Positions 34,662-48,637 are shown, numbered from the stretch's first letter. The stretch is DNA of 64,000 bases from Oikopleura dioica (GCA_907165135.1 OU015566.1:4464001-4528000), one strand, 5' to 3'. The notes: generated by a model from the letters alone, not told the origin. Numbers and translations are program-made.

Positions 34662-36926
34662 CAGAGTTGCAAATTTTGCTATATTTTTGATGAGCTAAGC
34701 TGTGCTGCCCTGAGTAAAAATTTCTCTGAGCTGAGCTTGCCTATCTCGGAGGTGACTGAGCTGAGCTGGTTGAGCTGAGCTGAGCTGATTTTACTGCGCT
34801 TATAGTAGTAAAATTGTGTAAAAATCATTAGCTGAGCTAAGCTAAGCTTAGCTAAGCGATCATTTTCTGAGCTGAGCTTAGCCGAGAAGAACAGATCATG
34901 TTCGAAAACAGAGTTGCAAATTTGCTGAGCTGAGTGAGCTGAGCTGGCTGAGTGAGCTGACCAGTCGCTCAGCTCAGCTCAGCTCACTGATTTTCGAAAA
35001 TGAATTTATCTGCTCAGCTCAGCTCAGCTCAGACAATAATCACTCAGCTCAGCTCAATGATTTTAACACAATTTCACAGTGAAATTTTCACTACTAAAAA
35101 ACAGTAAAAAAGCTCAAATCAGCTCACTCAGCTCGGCTCAGCTCTAATTAGGGTCTGCTCAGCTCAGCTAAACTACCTTAAAAAAAAGGTCTGCTAAGCT
35201 CGGGATTGATGACTAAGTTCGTGGGGACTAGGTTCGTGGGACTAGGTTCGTAGGTGGTTATGCCAAAGTATGCAAGATGGGGTATGGTTTCCTTTCTATA
35301 AGGAACAATGTGGTGCGACTAGGTTCGTGGGACTAGGTTCGTAGGGGTGCTAGGTTCGTGGGTTTTGAAATTAGAGATTTTTCTATAAGTATTATAAGTA
35401 TTATAAAAATTATAAATTTTTTATAAGGAACAATTGAGTGCGACTAGGTTCGTGGGACTAGGTTCGTGGGTTTTGAAATTTTTTTATAAGGAACAATTGA
35501 GTGCGACTAGGTTCGTGGGACTAGGTTCGTGGGTTTTGAAATTTTTTTATAAGGAACAATTAAGTGCGACTAGGTTCGTGGGACTAGGTTCGTGAGTTTT
35601 GAATTTTTTTATAAGGAACAATTGAGTGCGACTAGGTTCGTGGGACTAGGTTCGTGGGTTTTGTAATTTTTTATAAGGAAAAGGAGGGTGCGACTAGGTT
35701 CGTGAGACTAGGTTCGTGGGTTTTGAAATTTTTTATAAGGAAAAGGGGGATGCGACTAGGTTCGTGGGACTAGGTTCGTGAAGACTAGGTTCGTGAAGAC
35801 TAGGTTCGTTGGACTAGGTTCGTTGGACTAGGTTCGTGAAAATTAGGTTCGTGAAGACTAGGTTCGTGAGACTAGGTTCGTGGGACTAGGTTCGTGGGTC
35901 TAGGTTCGTGGGTTGTAAAATTGGGTAAAGTTGAATGGTAAAAATGACTTTCCCACCCCCCACCCCCAAATAAGCCGCTAGGCTCTTTAACTGAATTTCT
36001 ATGTAAGCGCTGAATAACAATGGTTGCCTTAGAATAGAAACCCACGAACCTAGTCCCACGAACCTAGTCGCAACCCATTTTTCCTTATAAAAAAATTTTA
36101 AAAGCCACGAACCTAGTCCCACGAACCTTGTCGCACCTCCCTTTTCCTTATAAAAAATTTCAAAACCCACGAACCTAGTCTCACGAACCTAGTCGCACCC
36201 CACTTTTCCTTATAAAAAATTTCAAAACCCACGAACCTAGTCCCACGAACCTAGTCGCACCCTCCTTTTCCTTATAAAAAAATTTCAAAACCCACGAACC
36301 TAGTCCCACGAACCTAGTCGCACATAATTTCTCCTTATAGAATAAAATAATAACCAATTAAAAAACCACGAACCTAGTCCCACGAACCTAGTCGCACATA
36401 TTTTTTCCTTATAGAATAAAAATTCTAACCAATCAAAAACCCCGAACCTATATTTAGATAGCAATATTATATTATATGATCATATAATTACAATACATAT
36501 ATATAAATATATATAAATAAATATATACATATAAATAGCACTTAATCATTATAAATAAAAATATACATATAAAATCAAAAACTCACGAACCTAGTCCCAC
36601 GAACCACGTTTTCCAGCCAGCCACCCACGAACCTAGTCTCACGAACCTAGTCCCCACGAACTTAGTCATCCCACACCTAAGCTCAGCTCAATGACCTCTG
36701 AAAATAGCCAGCTCAGCTCAGCTCAGCGAAAATAAAGCCAAATTTGCAACTCTGTTGAAAATTTATTACAAAAATAATTGAGCTGAGCTGAGCTGAGTTA
36801 AACTTGTCTGAGCTGAGCTGAGCAGATCAGATCATTCTGAAAAATGACTGAGCTGAGCTGAGCTAAGCGACTTCTCAGCTCGCTCGTCTAGCTCATCTCA
36901 CTCAGCTCAGCAAATTCGCAACTGAG
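34662..36926. mobile_element. Cluster of hAT-like GCTCA-rich MITEs (family C), including a copy 34909-36754 interrupted by a foldback
   Basis: TIR CAGAGTTGCAAATT at 34662, 34909 and (inverted) 36741-36754; (GCTCA)n/(TGAGC)n runs match the intact copy 39590-40029. Confidence 0.85.
35202..36676. mobile_element. 1.47-kb foldback element with long modular inverted arms
   Basis: Arrays of gactaggttcgtgg (35210-35915) and inverted ccacgaacctagtc (36040-36670); 8-bp TSD CTAAGCTC at 35194-35201 and 36677-36684. Confidence 0.9.
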
Positions 36927-36931
36927 CTTTT

Positions 36932-37574
36932 GATAATTTCAAAAAATTTTTGCGCGTCCGGAAATTGTAAAAAATCTGAAAGTGCAGTTTTCTTCAGCTC
37001 GTTGAGACGAGTCGAATGATGGGTCAAACTCTTGATAAATCCAAGGATTGACCGGTTAACCGACTGGTTACCGGAAAATACATTTCCGGTCGCCGTTTTT
37101 GTTCTAGAAATGCTAGAATGACGATTGAACCAGGAAACTGATCCTCATGGGTAGTTTTACTGTGGGCGTAAAGATATCGGTCAAATATGTAGCGCAACCT
37201 TGATAAATGATTAAAATTCTATATTTTGTATGTATTTTGTTGTTGCTGCACGTTCCTAATTTTCGGTCCCATTTTCATGCGAAAATCGAATTTTGGTGAT
37301 AAGCATGTTATGGTTTGAGATATGATTTTCATTTCTTCGCCCACATAAGAGCTAACTTTAAGGATCAGTTTCCTGGTTCAATCGTCATTCTAGCATTTCT
37401 AGAACAAAAACGGCGACCGGAAATGTATTTTCCGGTAACCAGCCGGTTAACCGGTCAATCCTTGGATTTATCAAGAGCTTGACCCACCATTCGACTCGTC
37501 TCAACGAGCTGAAGAAAACTGCACTTTCAGATTTTTACGATTTCCGGACGCGCAAAAATTTTTTTGAAATTATC
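36932..37574. mobile_element. MITE with about 215-bp near-perfect terminal inverted repeats
   Basis: gataatttcaaaaaatttttgcgcgtccgg...gaaactgatcct (36932-37145) is mirrored at 37361-37574. Confidence 0.9.
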
Positions 37575-39589
37575 TTTGATTGGCACTTGAATGTTGCAAG
37601 CATGGAATAATTCTTGTTGTTATTCTTACTCGAATTAAAAGGGGCTCGTTTTCAATAATTTCCCCCAGACAAAGTACCCTTATTATCACTATAAACAAGC
37701 ATTTGCAATGGTAACCTCTCTGTCCGAGTCCATTCGAAAAAGTTTCCGCTAAAGTTAACTTCGTTAACAAGGACTGACCTAGAAAAATGAAAATACGAGA
37801 AAATTTTTCGCTTGAAAAAGATGATTTTTAACAAGAATGTGTGATCATCTTTCCAAAGATAGTAAAATTTTAATTTTGTGGACATCATATTTTTATGACT
37901 TCCACTTTCGCACTGTATCTTTCAACTGCGAAATTTTGCACGAGAAATTTTGCTTTGCTGAAAATTTTCGGCTCGAGAACCTGAGTCAGGATTTGAAATT
38001 TCTGAGGAGAAAGCAGCTTGGCGACTTTTGATTTAGTATTTTCAAATCCTGACTCAGGTTTATAACTGAGGTTTTCGAGCGGAGAAAAAGCCTTTCGACT
38101 CGAAATTGCAATTCTTTAATTTCATTTTCGACTCGAAAGTACTTTTTCTCAGTTTCTAGAAAATATAATTGGCAGAATGGTGAATCTAGAAAGACGATTT
38201 TCAACAACATTTTTTCATTTTCAACATTCATTCAATTTCTTATTTTCGACTCGAAATTTGAGAAAATTTTCCAATTTTCGCTCTTTTTCTTGACAAAGAG
38301 GATAACTGCTAATCCGCTGTTGTCGAAAACAATATTTTCGAGTCGAAAAGTTGATTTTTCTAGATGAATCGTTGCGTCAACTGGTGGTACGTGCTTTGAG
38401 TCGTGGAAGCGTGCTCTTTGGCGCTTCTCTTTGGGCTGTTTGGTGGCCGAGCTGCCGAGTCGCCCCACTACTCTCCCTCTCTTCGAGAAATAAAAAACTA
38501 TCTCACAATCTCAAAAATAAATGTCAAACGGCCCATTCCGAAGAGATTTAATTTTTTCATTTTCGTAAAATAGAAGAAAAAAGGGCCAATTAAAAAAACA
38601 GAGATAAGAAGACCAGAACCGCTGACAAGAAAATCGAGGAAATAGAAATAAAAAGGTAAAACATAAGATAAATATTTTTATAAGACAATTTTTTCTGAAT
38701 TTTTTGGCTTTCAAGGTCATTTTTAATTCTATTGCGTAAAATTAGGTCACGAGGCGTCGTAAAAATCGAATTTTTATCTTTCAGCCGTAACTTTCTGACA
38801 CCCTTAATTTAACTGACAAAATAATTGGTAATTTACCAAAAAATATAATTTCAAATGGAAAATTTTTGCAAAAACAAATTCTTAGAAAATGAATTTTCCA
38901 TTTTTAGAAAATTAACCTATTGATACCCTTATTTGAATTCGTCAAAACGAAGGTTAAACTTCAATTTTTCTTTCTCATCTCAACTTTTTCTTTCAATAAT
39001 TTCAGGTGTAATTTACTGTAGCTACTGTCTTTTCTTATCAGACAACATGATGGCACAATAATTCGATTTCAAAATGCCTGTGGCCCAGGGCTCTCCCATT
39101 TTTCCAACAAACATAAGCCTCATTTTTATTTAGTCAACAATGTTGATTACATAACATTTCCGGAGGGTTGATAGTTTTAGACAGAAATGGTTCCTTCCTT
39201 GTCCAGAAATGCATCAACATTCTCGTTTATCGAATTTTCGCCTTTGATTTTTGAATCCTTTTCTTATGAAAATAGCGTCGTGGGTACCCTTATGAATAAA
39301 CAAGCCCCTAATTAGTGGAACTTATGTTGAGCCTTTTTCGAGTAAAAAAAGGAACCAATGCTTGACTAAATTATCGATTTCTCCCACCCATCCTTCTGAG
39401 AAAAAGAGGTGGTAGTATACTAAGGGGAGTCACGTGGTTGGCGGCGCATAAAAGAATGAATGGACCCGCTTCTTAAAAATGCGCCACAAGGTCACGTTCG
39501 TGAACAGCGCCTCCCGGAATTTCGCTCCAGCTCGTTTTTACCTGTTTCTAAATAATCTTGAAAACCGCGCAAATGAAAGATATTATATG

Positions 39590-40029
39590 CAGAGTTGCAA
39601 AATTGCTGAGCTGAGTGAGCTGAGCTGGCTTAGTGAGCTGAGCGGCTGCTCAGCTCAGCTCAGCTCAGTGATTTTGGAAAATGATCTCATCTGCTCAGCT
39701 CAGGTCAGCTCAGACAATTTTCATTCAGCTCAGCTCAGCTCAGCTCAATGATTTGAATACAATTTTACTACCAAAAAACGGTAAAAAACAGCTCAGCTCA
39801 GCTCAATCAGCTCAGCTCTAATTAGGGTCCGCTCAGCTCAGCTCAACTCAACTGTCTTAAAGAAAAGGTCTGCTCAGCTCAGCTCCGCTCAATGACCTCT
39901 GAAAAGGCCAGCTCAGCTCAGCTCAGCTCAGTAACCTCCGAAATAGGCCAGCTCAGCTCAGCTCAGCTCAGAGAAATTTTTACTCAGGTCAGCTCAGCTC
40001 AGAAAAATTAATCAAAATTTGCAACTCTG
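39590..40029. mobile_element. Intact hAT-like MITE family C (440 bp)
   Basis: TIR CAGAGTTGCAAA...TTTGCAACTCTG; 8-bp TSD ATTATATG at 39582-39589 and 40030-40037. Confidence 0.92.
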
Positions 40030-42166
40030 ATTATATGACTCATATATATAAAGATAGACTATGCAATTTGGGGCAAACAAGCCCGAATCATGTTCCGACC
40101 TTTATCAATAACTACTCATGCTTGGCCCGCATGTGACTAGCCCGCATTTTTTTTTGCAAAAAAATGACCCCAGATCGGGTTTATCAAAGAACTTGCAGCA
40201 GCAGGCCACAGTCTCATAGACCAAATAAAGTCCCAAAGGAGACTCATTTCGTTGGACTCTTTCTGTCTCGTTCAAATAAGGGTGTAGCCGACTGGCGTGT
40301 TTTAGTTGGAATGCGGAAAGCTGACCCAGTTAACTTGGAAACATGAGTTCACTTCGCTGAGTTCGCCCTTGAGCCCAAGCAAATACGGTTCAGCAAGACA
40401 TCTGGGCTCGGCAACCAGTGTTCAAAACCTGAGTCAGGTCCTGTGCTAAAATAAAGAGCCGCTTATTTGAGATCTAACGAACCTGACTCAGGCTTTGAGC
40501 ACTGGTTGCCGAGGCAAAACTGTGTTCCTATTTTAAAGGATTAAATATTCCTTAAGGTGGTTCGTTAATAAGGTGATCCCCTTAAGAAACATTGCGAATT
40601 TCGAAATAGTGAGAAATTCCGGAGTTATAATTTGATAGTAGTGTATTGACAACTTTAGTCCTCAAGGAATTCATTTTTGTTTTATATCAAATAGTTACAT
40701 CTTGTACAAGAATTAACGACCATCATTAAAAAGTCAAGATGGCACCATTCTTCCGCAGCCACCTTCGAACACGGGAAAATAAACAGATCAGCTGAGCTTA
40801 ACACGCTGACTTAGCACTTTGTTCGTTTCGTTTTGAGCCCCTGCTTTGACCCTTCCTTTCCAAATTTTATAGGACTTGGAACAGTTGCCAGTCCTCGTGC
40901 AAATAATTGTGTAAATATGACTTTTTCAAACAAGAATAAAATTGTGCGTGCTTGACCCGTGACTCGCCACAAAGGTCAACATTGCGCAACTTTGGCTGTT
41001 CAAATTTACGAGCTATTTTAAAATTCTTTTCATCGAAAAAGTAGAAATGGGGATCCCCTTATTTCAAAGAAGCAGCTGTCTTACTTCGCAGGTCCTTAAT
41101 TTAAGAGTTTATTTTAAAACAAATCTTCCAAAGGCTTTTTTCGATCGAACCCATCTGACTTAAAACAAAGTACCAAAAATATTTAGCGAAAAACTTTAGT
41201 AGAAAATGGGATGAAAAAGTCTCTTTCTGTTGTTTCTTGTTTGATGATGCATTCTTGTTTGATGAAAAACTCAAGAATTGCAAGCTAAACTTTTAGTCAT
41301 TGTTTCTCTTTTTGATGTCTGTCCATTTTTTTCTAGTGACCGCGAAAAATGGAAACGAACAACGAATTCAAAAGCTGTCAGAGTCTCAAAGATCCCGCAC
41401 AGGTAAAAACATCAACGATCTTTGGGGGTGGTTGAAATTTCCCAGGCCTTGGAATTGGCCTACTTTTTTAACTAGGAAAATACATGAATTTGAAAACGGA
41501 CTGAAAAATGGTGAAAAATTAAGGTTCTTTTGAGGGTCATGAACCCTAAAATAGCGCGAACATGAGGCTTTGACCCTTAAGGGTGTCACAATGAAAATAA
41601 TCTGTTGTTGATCTCCATGACGATACAAAGATTTAACAAATAATCAACTCGTTCTGTTACAGTGATTAATACCAAGGCAACTTGGTATTACAGGTGTATT
41701 ACGTAATCGCGGCGGAACAATGTACCCCCTCACCTTTTCCGCCCCACCCCCTTAGCTCCTTGGCTCCTGGAGAAAGTGAAATGGAGAAAGAAACAAGTAA
41801 TCTGCTTGGTACATTTCTCGAATTACCAAAATAATGCGAAACATTGGAATCATTCAGCAAAAACGCGACTGAAACATGTTTGGGCATTATTTCTTCCTTC
41901 GTGCGAGGAATGTTTGGCCTCCGGGGCCAACTAAGGGACGCACGTGAGCTTCCATGCTTGGTGGACCATCATGAGGGCTAGTGGACTTGAACTTTAGCGC
42001 ACGATTGATAAAAAGAAATACAGATCTGATGATCATCTGATGGTGCGAAAAAAGATACTGGGAGCGGTTTACTTAGAACAAACCCAATTAGGGGTCAAGT
42101 CCTAATTGATAAATTACCAAATATTTTCAGAAACTTTGTTCTTTCTTTTCTGGCCCTAAGGACCTG

Positions 42167-42390
42167 AGCTCGACAAACTGTGTAGAAAACCTGAGTCAGG
42201 TTCTGAAAAGCAAAAATGAAAAGCCGCGCAGCGGCTTTTAAAAACGAAGCCGCGTCGCAATTCAATCACTTTTATCTATTTTCAAACATTGGCGAAGCCG
42301 CTTTGCGGCTTCGTTTCTAAAAGCCGCTGCGCGGCTTTTCATTTTGCTTTTCAGAACCTGACTCAGGGTTTGTACACCCTGAGCCCAGCC
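42167..42390. mobile_element. MITE family A
   Basis: TIRs plus internal palindromes. Confidence 0.85.
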
Positions 42391-43079
42391 ACGAACCCCT
42401 TAACCCCTATTTGTTTATGCATTTAATTCCATTCTTTGAAGATCAACCCGACGTCACTTCAAAACCACCTCCATCTGGAGAGCTCCCACCAGGCGCATGT
42501 GTACTGGGTCAATCGCCAGTGTCAAAAAACCGACGATGGAAGAATTCTAGCGTTCGGCGTTGTCTACGATTTCATCAACGATGCCATGGAAGGTGTTAAG
42601 GAACGGGTTTTTGAATCGAGTTCAGCCAGGTTTTTTGCTCGGAGATAGCGATTGCAAGTGCGTGTCCTTAATTCAAAACTGTCTGCTCGCCAAATTTGGG
42701 GTGATAAGAATTAAAACGAAGGTTCGAACGATTATTTTATGTCGAGCAGACGGTTTTTATCAATTTTTATCAGAACAACCCGCTTGAAATTTTCAATGAC
42801 CAGAATTAACCGTTCTTTTTCAGAATCCCACTTCTGCGCTTCTCTAAAACCTGTGTTGAAAACCTGAGTCAGGGTTCAAAAATGCTTTTTCAAAGCTCTT
42901 TCAAATCCTGACTCAGGTTTTCAACACAAGTTACCGCTCCCAGTTCCCCAATATTGAGGTCTTTTTACTATCAGATTTTCTCAACCGCGGTTAACCGCAA
43001 AGTCACACCGCGGTTCTTTGCGGTTTGAGGCGGTTATTAATTTTTTTTCTGGCAATATTGTCAATATCATTTGCTTTTC

Positions 43080-46000
43080 ATGAGAGTTTTCGACAATGGT
43101 TTTCAACGAATAACATCATCAATATTTTTCGACCAATCAAAAACCCGAAAAAAGGAAAAACGGCAAGTCACCGTGGACTGGGCGCGATGTGTTTGTGAAA
43201 CGAGCAATTGCGATCCGACGGTTTTCCCGCACGCCGTGAAACTATTTGACCGAGTGCTTCAAACGACACCGTGCAAATACTCGCACTTACAGGTACGTCA
43301 ACAACGATTAAAATTGTTTATCGGTAATCCCACGGAAGTCAGATTCGCTCGCACGAGTTTTTCTACGCTGACAGATGTTTGTCTCTTTCTGCACGAGTAT
43401 TTACAGAGTCAGCTTCGTGCGGACCTGGGCGCGGCAACCTGTGTAGAAAACCTGAGTCAGGGTCTGAAAATCTTAAAATTGAAAGCCGCGTAGCGGCTTT
43501 TTGAAACAAAGCCGCAAAAATTGACTAGAAAATTATTTTGCGGCTTCATTTCTAAAAAGCCGCTACGCGGCTTTCAATTTTAAAGTATTTAGAGCCTGAC
43601 TCAGGTTTTCAACACAGGTTGCCGTTAAAAACAAGTTTAACTTGAGGTCAAATCTTGCTTGAAATAGAATATCTTCGCGGCATTATATAAAATCGGCTGA
43701 CGCTAATTCTCTCTGAGAGAGCGTATAAAAATATCTTTTCCGGAAATATTTCGACTTAGTCAATCTGGCTCAGCTTTCACACCGTCGAGAAAAACCGTTA
43801 TTTTTATCGTTCGGAAGCATTTTAGTGCTTTTATAAAGGCGAAAACTGGGTGGCACGAATTATTGATGAAGTTGTTCTTTTTTTCATCCCAACTTCATTT
43901 TCTCAGGGCTCAAAAATCTGTGTAAAAAAACTGAGTCAGGGTCAGCTGAGTTTGCGTTAAAAACCGACTTTTCCAGATCCTGACTCAGGTTTTCTACACA
44001 GGTTTTTGGGCCAAATTAAGGGTGTTTCTCTTTGAATTCATATTCCAGCTTTCATTAATTTCTTCCTACAGTAGTTTAATTTCCATTCTAGAGCATTATC
44101 GCCGCTTGCATGCTGATCGCCTCAAAATTTCGCGAAACTGTCCCCCTTGGCATCAGAAGACTAGTCGCTTTGACAAAATATTCCGTCGACGAGCGAATGA
44201 TCAAGGTAAAAAAACTTAAGGATCACCCTCAATAACTCGAAAATTTTAGGATGTCGAGATGGTGGTTTTATTGAAGCTGCATTTCGACGTTTCGGAAGTG
44301 ACGTATCCAGATTTTTACCCGTTTATTATCGACATTCTTCATGCAAGCAACGTAAGTTGAAAAGGGTGCAATTATCGTGGTCAACCGCGGTCAAAAAAAA
44401 ACGAAAGCATGAATTATTTCTTTACTGACTTCATTTTCATTTTTTCAGATCGGCGAAAAACTCCCCCTTCCGTCAAGCCGATACATGCAAGATGAACTCC
44501 TTCCCTGCGTGAGCAAAATCGCCGCCCTCGCCCTTTCCCAAGGTAAACTACCTCGTAGCACAAAAGAATGAATTCCGCAGCATTTTTTCGACCATCAATA
44601 CTAAAGCTATTTGAATCTATTCATCGCGCGGTCACGTGACTTGAAGAATCTGCGAAAATTAGTGTCTCCGAAATTATTTCCTTTTTATTTTATTTGATTT
44701 GACATTTCCGCGGTTTTACGATAATCAACGATCTTAGACTTAATACTCTTCAAAGTCAACAACAACTTACTAGGCCGATCGGAATTTCTTGTATTCAAAA
44801 ATCAATCAAAGAAGTCGTTAATGCCGTTTTTTCGGGCGCTACTCCCGTACTTATTCGGACGATTATATAAGCGCGATTTAATGATCCAAATTGATTATAT
44901 AATTTTTCATGAAAAACGAACCGGAAGCTACCTGTCCAAAAAAAGTGGGACTCGCTTCAACTCAAAGGACCAAAAATAATAGCAGCAGGAAATGATTCGA
45001 AGAAGGAAAATGGCAATAATGGACGTCTATTTTTTCGATTATCACTTGATAATCGATGAACAAAACTGTTGAAAAGGAAATACTGTGCGTCTTTTGCGCG
45101 TCTCTATCTTTTGATAATGATGATTTCGTGTCTTCTCGGCTCGAAAACCTGTGGAAAAACCTGAGTCAGGGTTCGAAAATTGCCAGTTCGATCTTACACC
45201 GAAGGCCTTTTCTGACCCTGACTCAGGTTTTCGACACAGGTTGCCGAGCCAAAACGGGTTTGAAGACGTTTTCTATTATGAGACTGATGCCCTTAATTTT
45301 CCTTCAACAGCCCCCTAAAGCCTGTTTTAAGTCAAGCCGCTAAATCATCAATAATCATCTTTCAAATGTAATTATGCCTTCCGCCTTAAAACTGACATCA
45401 TCAGTTTCCGGAAAGCCTAAAACGACGACTTCAATTCATCTTTCTTTTCAGATTCCGAAATGGTTTCTCATAAACCCAGCATCATGGCCGTCTGTTCCCT
45501 TGGCGTCTTTCTTTGCAAAATGCGATTTCTAACGACCCCGGTTCAGTTTTTCCAAGCGCTGTGTCCATTTATCACGGTAAGAATGATTTTGAAGGAAAAT
45601 TCTGAGCTGTAAAAAGTGCTTATCAAAGTAGAAAAAAGTAACTGGCGCCTCAAGAAGGGTCGTATCCGCCCTCGAGCGATTTATTAATCGGTACTCGTGG
45701 TGCACTCGAAGCACGCGGGCCGGATACTTCCCACCATTGTTTACACTTTGTTCTTTCAACTCGAGTTTGATTTACGGTTTGAAATTATTTGAATCTCCAG
45801 CTTTGTTCTTTCTGAATTCAACAGCCGAGAATCGCCGGAAATTTATTTTGAAGCGTCTTTTGTTCAAAAAAGAATTTCAAAAATTCCTGACTGTAGTTAT
45901 GAATGTTCCCATGACTCATGCGTCATGAGAAAGACAGTCATACTTTGGCTCGAGATTCTGTGTAAAACCTGAGTCAGGGTCCTGATAGAGCTTGAAGCCG

Positions 46001-47188
46001 GGGCTTTCCATTGGAGCTCTTTTCGGACCCTGACTCAGGTTTTTACACAGGTTGTCGAGCCAAAATATGACTCATCTTTTCATGTGAACGTTCATTCCTA
46101 CAGTCATGAATTTTTGAGATTCCTTTTTGAACAAAAATCGCTTCAAAATAATTTTTAGTGATTGTCAGTTGCTACAAAGCCTGGAGTCATGAAGTTTCTT
46201 CCTGAAAAATTCAGCTTTGCGGTTGAAAATGGGATTATCATTTCGATTTCTTGGATAAATATCGTCAATCCCCGCGACTCCGGCTTTGTCCAAATATCCC
46301 AAGTTCAAGCCCCCTTTTTCTTGTCTCAAAGACAGTGAAATTGATTACGTAACAGCCAACTAGCCCGCCCAGCGCACCAGCTCGGCCCCGTCCCAACTTT
46401 AGCCGCCTTCAACCGCAATATTTTCTTAATAGAGGCCGTTCGACATTTTTCCCAAAAGTCAAAGCGATCCATCACGCGGCCACAGCGCGGAAGTGGAATC
46501 GAATTGAAATGAATAAAATTTTGATGGAGAGACTTTTTTATTCCGCAATTGCATGATAATTGCGCTGCTTTGATCTTGTTGTAAATTGGCTCTCGGTTCA
46601 AAGTCTACAAGACTTTTTCCAGATTTTTAGCGAAGAAAACTTGATGACCTTTTTTCATCAATAACGACTTGGGTTCAGCATTGCCGGCTCGGCAACCCTT
46701 GTAGAAAACCTGAGTCAGGGTCTGAGAGAGTCAAAATGAAAAGCCGCGTAGCGGCTTTTTAAATAACGAAGCCGCAACGCGGCTTCGCCAAAATTGAATG
46801 ATTTAATGGTTCGTTAGATCCTGAGTCAGGTTTTCTACACAGGTTTTCGACCCAAAATACAAATGCAAAAAATTTGAAAACGACCATCATTTATTCCTCC
46901 TTTTAGACCGTGCGGGAATCCGCCGAGCTCCGAAAATGCTGGGACACTTGCATGTTGGTCTGGCAAAACTACGCCCGAGTACCAAGTTCCGTCTCTCCCA
47001 CCTTCGCCTCCCGACCGGTCAACAACAACAACAACTATCTCCCCAGCCAGCAGGCGCCCAATCGTCTCCCCTCGGTCAGCCAGATCCAGCGATTGAAAGG
47101 AGCAAACGTCGACCCGATGGCAAACGAAATGGTGGTCGACCATGGCGATCCGGACCGCGACTCGGGCCACTACAGTAATCTGGACTAA
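43080..47188 (+). CDS. D-type cyclin (5' exon(s) unresolved)
   Basis: Cyclin box KRQVTVDWARCVCETSNCDPTVFPHAVKLFDRVLQTTPCKYSHLQ / SIIAACMLIASKFRETVPL / DVEMVVLLKLHFDV / ...HKPSIMAVCSLG; last exon 46898-47188. The VFP-A---DR-L and ASK--E-VPL pattern fits cyclin D. Confidence 0.85.
43424..43625. mobile_element. MITE family A in cyclin intron
   Basis: ctgggcgcggcaacctgtgtagaaaacctgagtcagg ... cctgactcaggttttcaacacaggttgccg. Confidence 0.85.
45835..46195. mobile_element. Extended inverted repeat with a family A core in cyclin intron
   Basis: aaatttattttgaagcg...ttttgttcaaaaaag is mirrored by ctttttgaacaaaaatcgcttcaaaataattt around the A core 45948-46062. Confidence 0.7.
46685..46850. mobile_element. 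MITE family A
   Basis: TIRs plus palindromes. Confidence 0.8.
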
Positions 47189-48637
47189 AACGGCTTTTTA
47201 TGTTCTTAGAATTTTACAATTTTTTCGACTGATAATCATTTGTTTCCCTTTTTTCAATCCCGCTTTTTTCAACTTTTTCAATAATTTTAACCTATCTCAT
47301 TTTTTTCAATTCTCTTAATATTTCAGCCCAATTCTTTTGGGAAGTGTTTTATTAAACCGGTGCCCGTTTTCAATAGTTTCTATTCAAGAATTTCGGGAAA
47401 ATGATCTTTTCGAAAGAATCACTTGTTAACCCATTGTTATTCATTGACCAATTATTTGGCAAACGCTCTTTTTGACTCAGAATAATGCATCAGGGGATTT
47501 TTACTCAAATAAAAGGGTCCCTAGTCTCATTTTTAATCGTTTTACCAATAAATTGGTCAACAGACGACAATGGGTTAAGGTAATTTTTTCTCGAAATTCA
47601 ATCATTCATTATTTTTCACCAAATGCCCTTTCAATTTTTTTCCTCCTTGATCCCCATTTTCGGTGCTAAATCCCCAGAAAATGCCCCTTGTTTTTCAAAT
47701 TTCATCAATCATGAATCATGAATCCCCGCGCATAAAACCCATCATTCGACAAAAATCACCGAAAACCAAAAAAAAAATCCTGACTGAAAAAGACCTTTGA
47801 ACCTTTTTAACTCAAACTCAACAAAAAAATAACTCATTATTCGATGCCTTTCTATTTTAATGGTCCTATAACTCAAACAACTGAACTCTTCCTGAATCTC
47901 ATATTTGCAAAAAAAAAATCCTGAAAATCCTGGCTACTATCTGTCCCTATCTTCCTGAAACAATTTTAACCCATCCAAGTGCCTCGATGACCCGCCTGGC
48001 TGACTAAGCTTCAGATCTCACTTTTAATCTTATTTATTATTCTTTTCATTTATGTATCTCTATCATTTTTTTCTTTTATCACTTTCTTTTTATCACTGTA
48101 TTTTTCCCCGCAGTTTTGTCTGTATATTTGACCTCGTTTCTCCATTTTTCCCGTTTTGGGTTAAATTTTTCGACCGTGCTGGGCATTTTTCGGCCCTCAT
48201 GCAAAAATAGGTTAACCCATCATGTTTGTTTTTAACTGTTTTTGTCTTCAACAACCATTTCACGGGTAAATTTATTCAAATCTTCTCTCTCAAAATTCAA
48301 ATTATGGTGCTGGAAAATTTTCCCCAAGTTTCCACCTGAACCCATTTTAACCCATTCTCGGGTTTTTTAACCTGTCAAAAAAGAAGCCTGTCCAACAGTT
48401 CAAATTCTATTCAAATTATGTATTTTCTAGCGCAATTTCAACTGAAAAACTTTTTTTCATTATTCAAATTTTCATAATTCTAGAATCTTTTTATTTATTC
48501 TATCTTTCTATTTCCAGCCTGTTCATACTGTAATTATTACTGTATTCGTTTTTTTTTCTTTCCGAATTTTAACTGGTGTTATATAATAAATGTTTCAAAA
48601 AAAAATTTTTCTCTTCCTTGATTTCATTTTTTCAAAT

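Noticed and set aside
39479-39751. 90-aa ORF with SAQLSS repeats
   Set aside because: Reads through the GCTCA-rich MITE.
40150-42790. Exon-like open frames upstream of the cyclin box (40170-40290, 41335-41402, 41695-41810, 42430-42625)
   Set aside because: Could not be joined into a consistent model or assigned to the cyclin; no LxCxE found.
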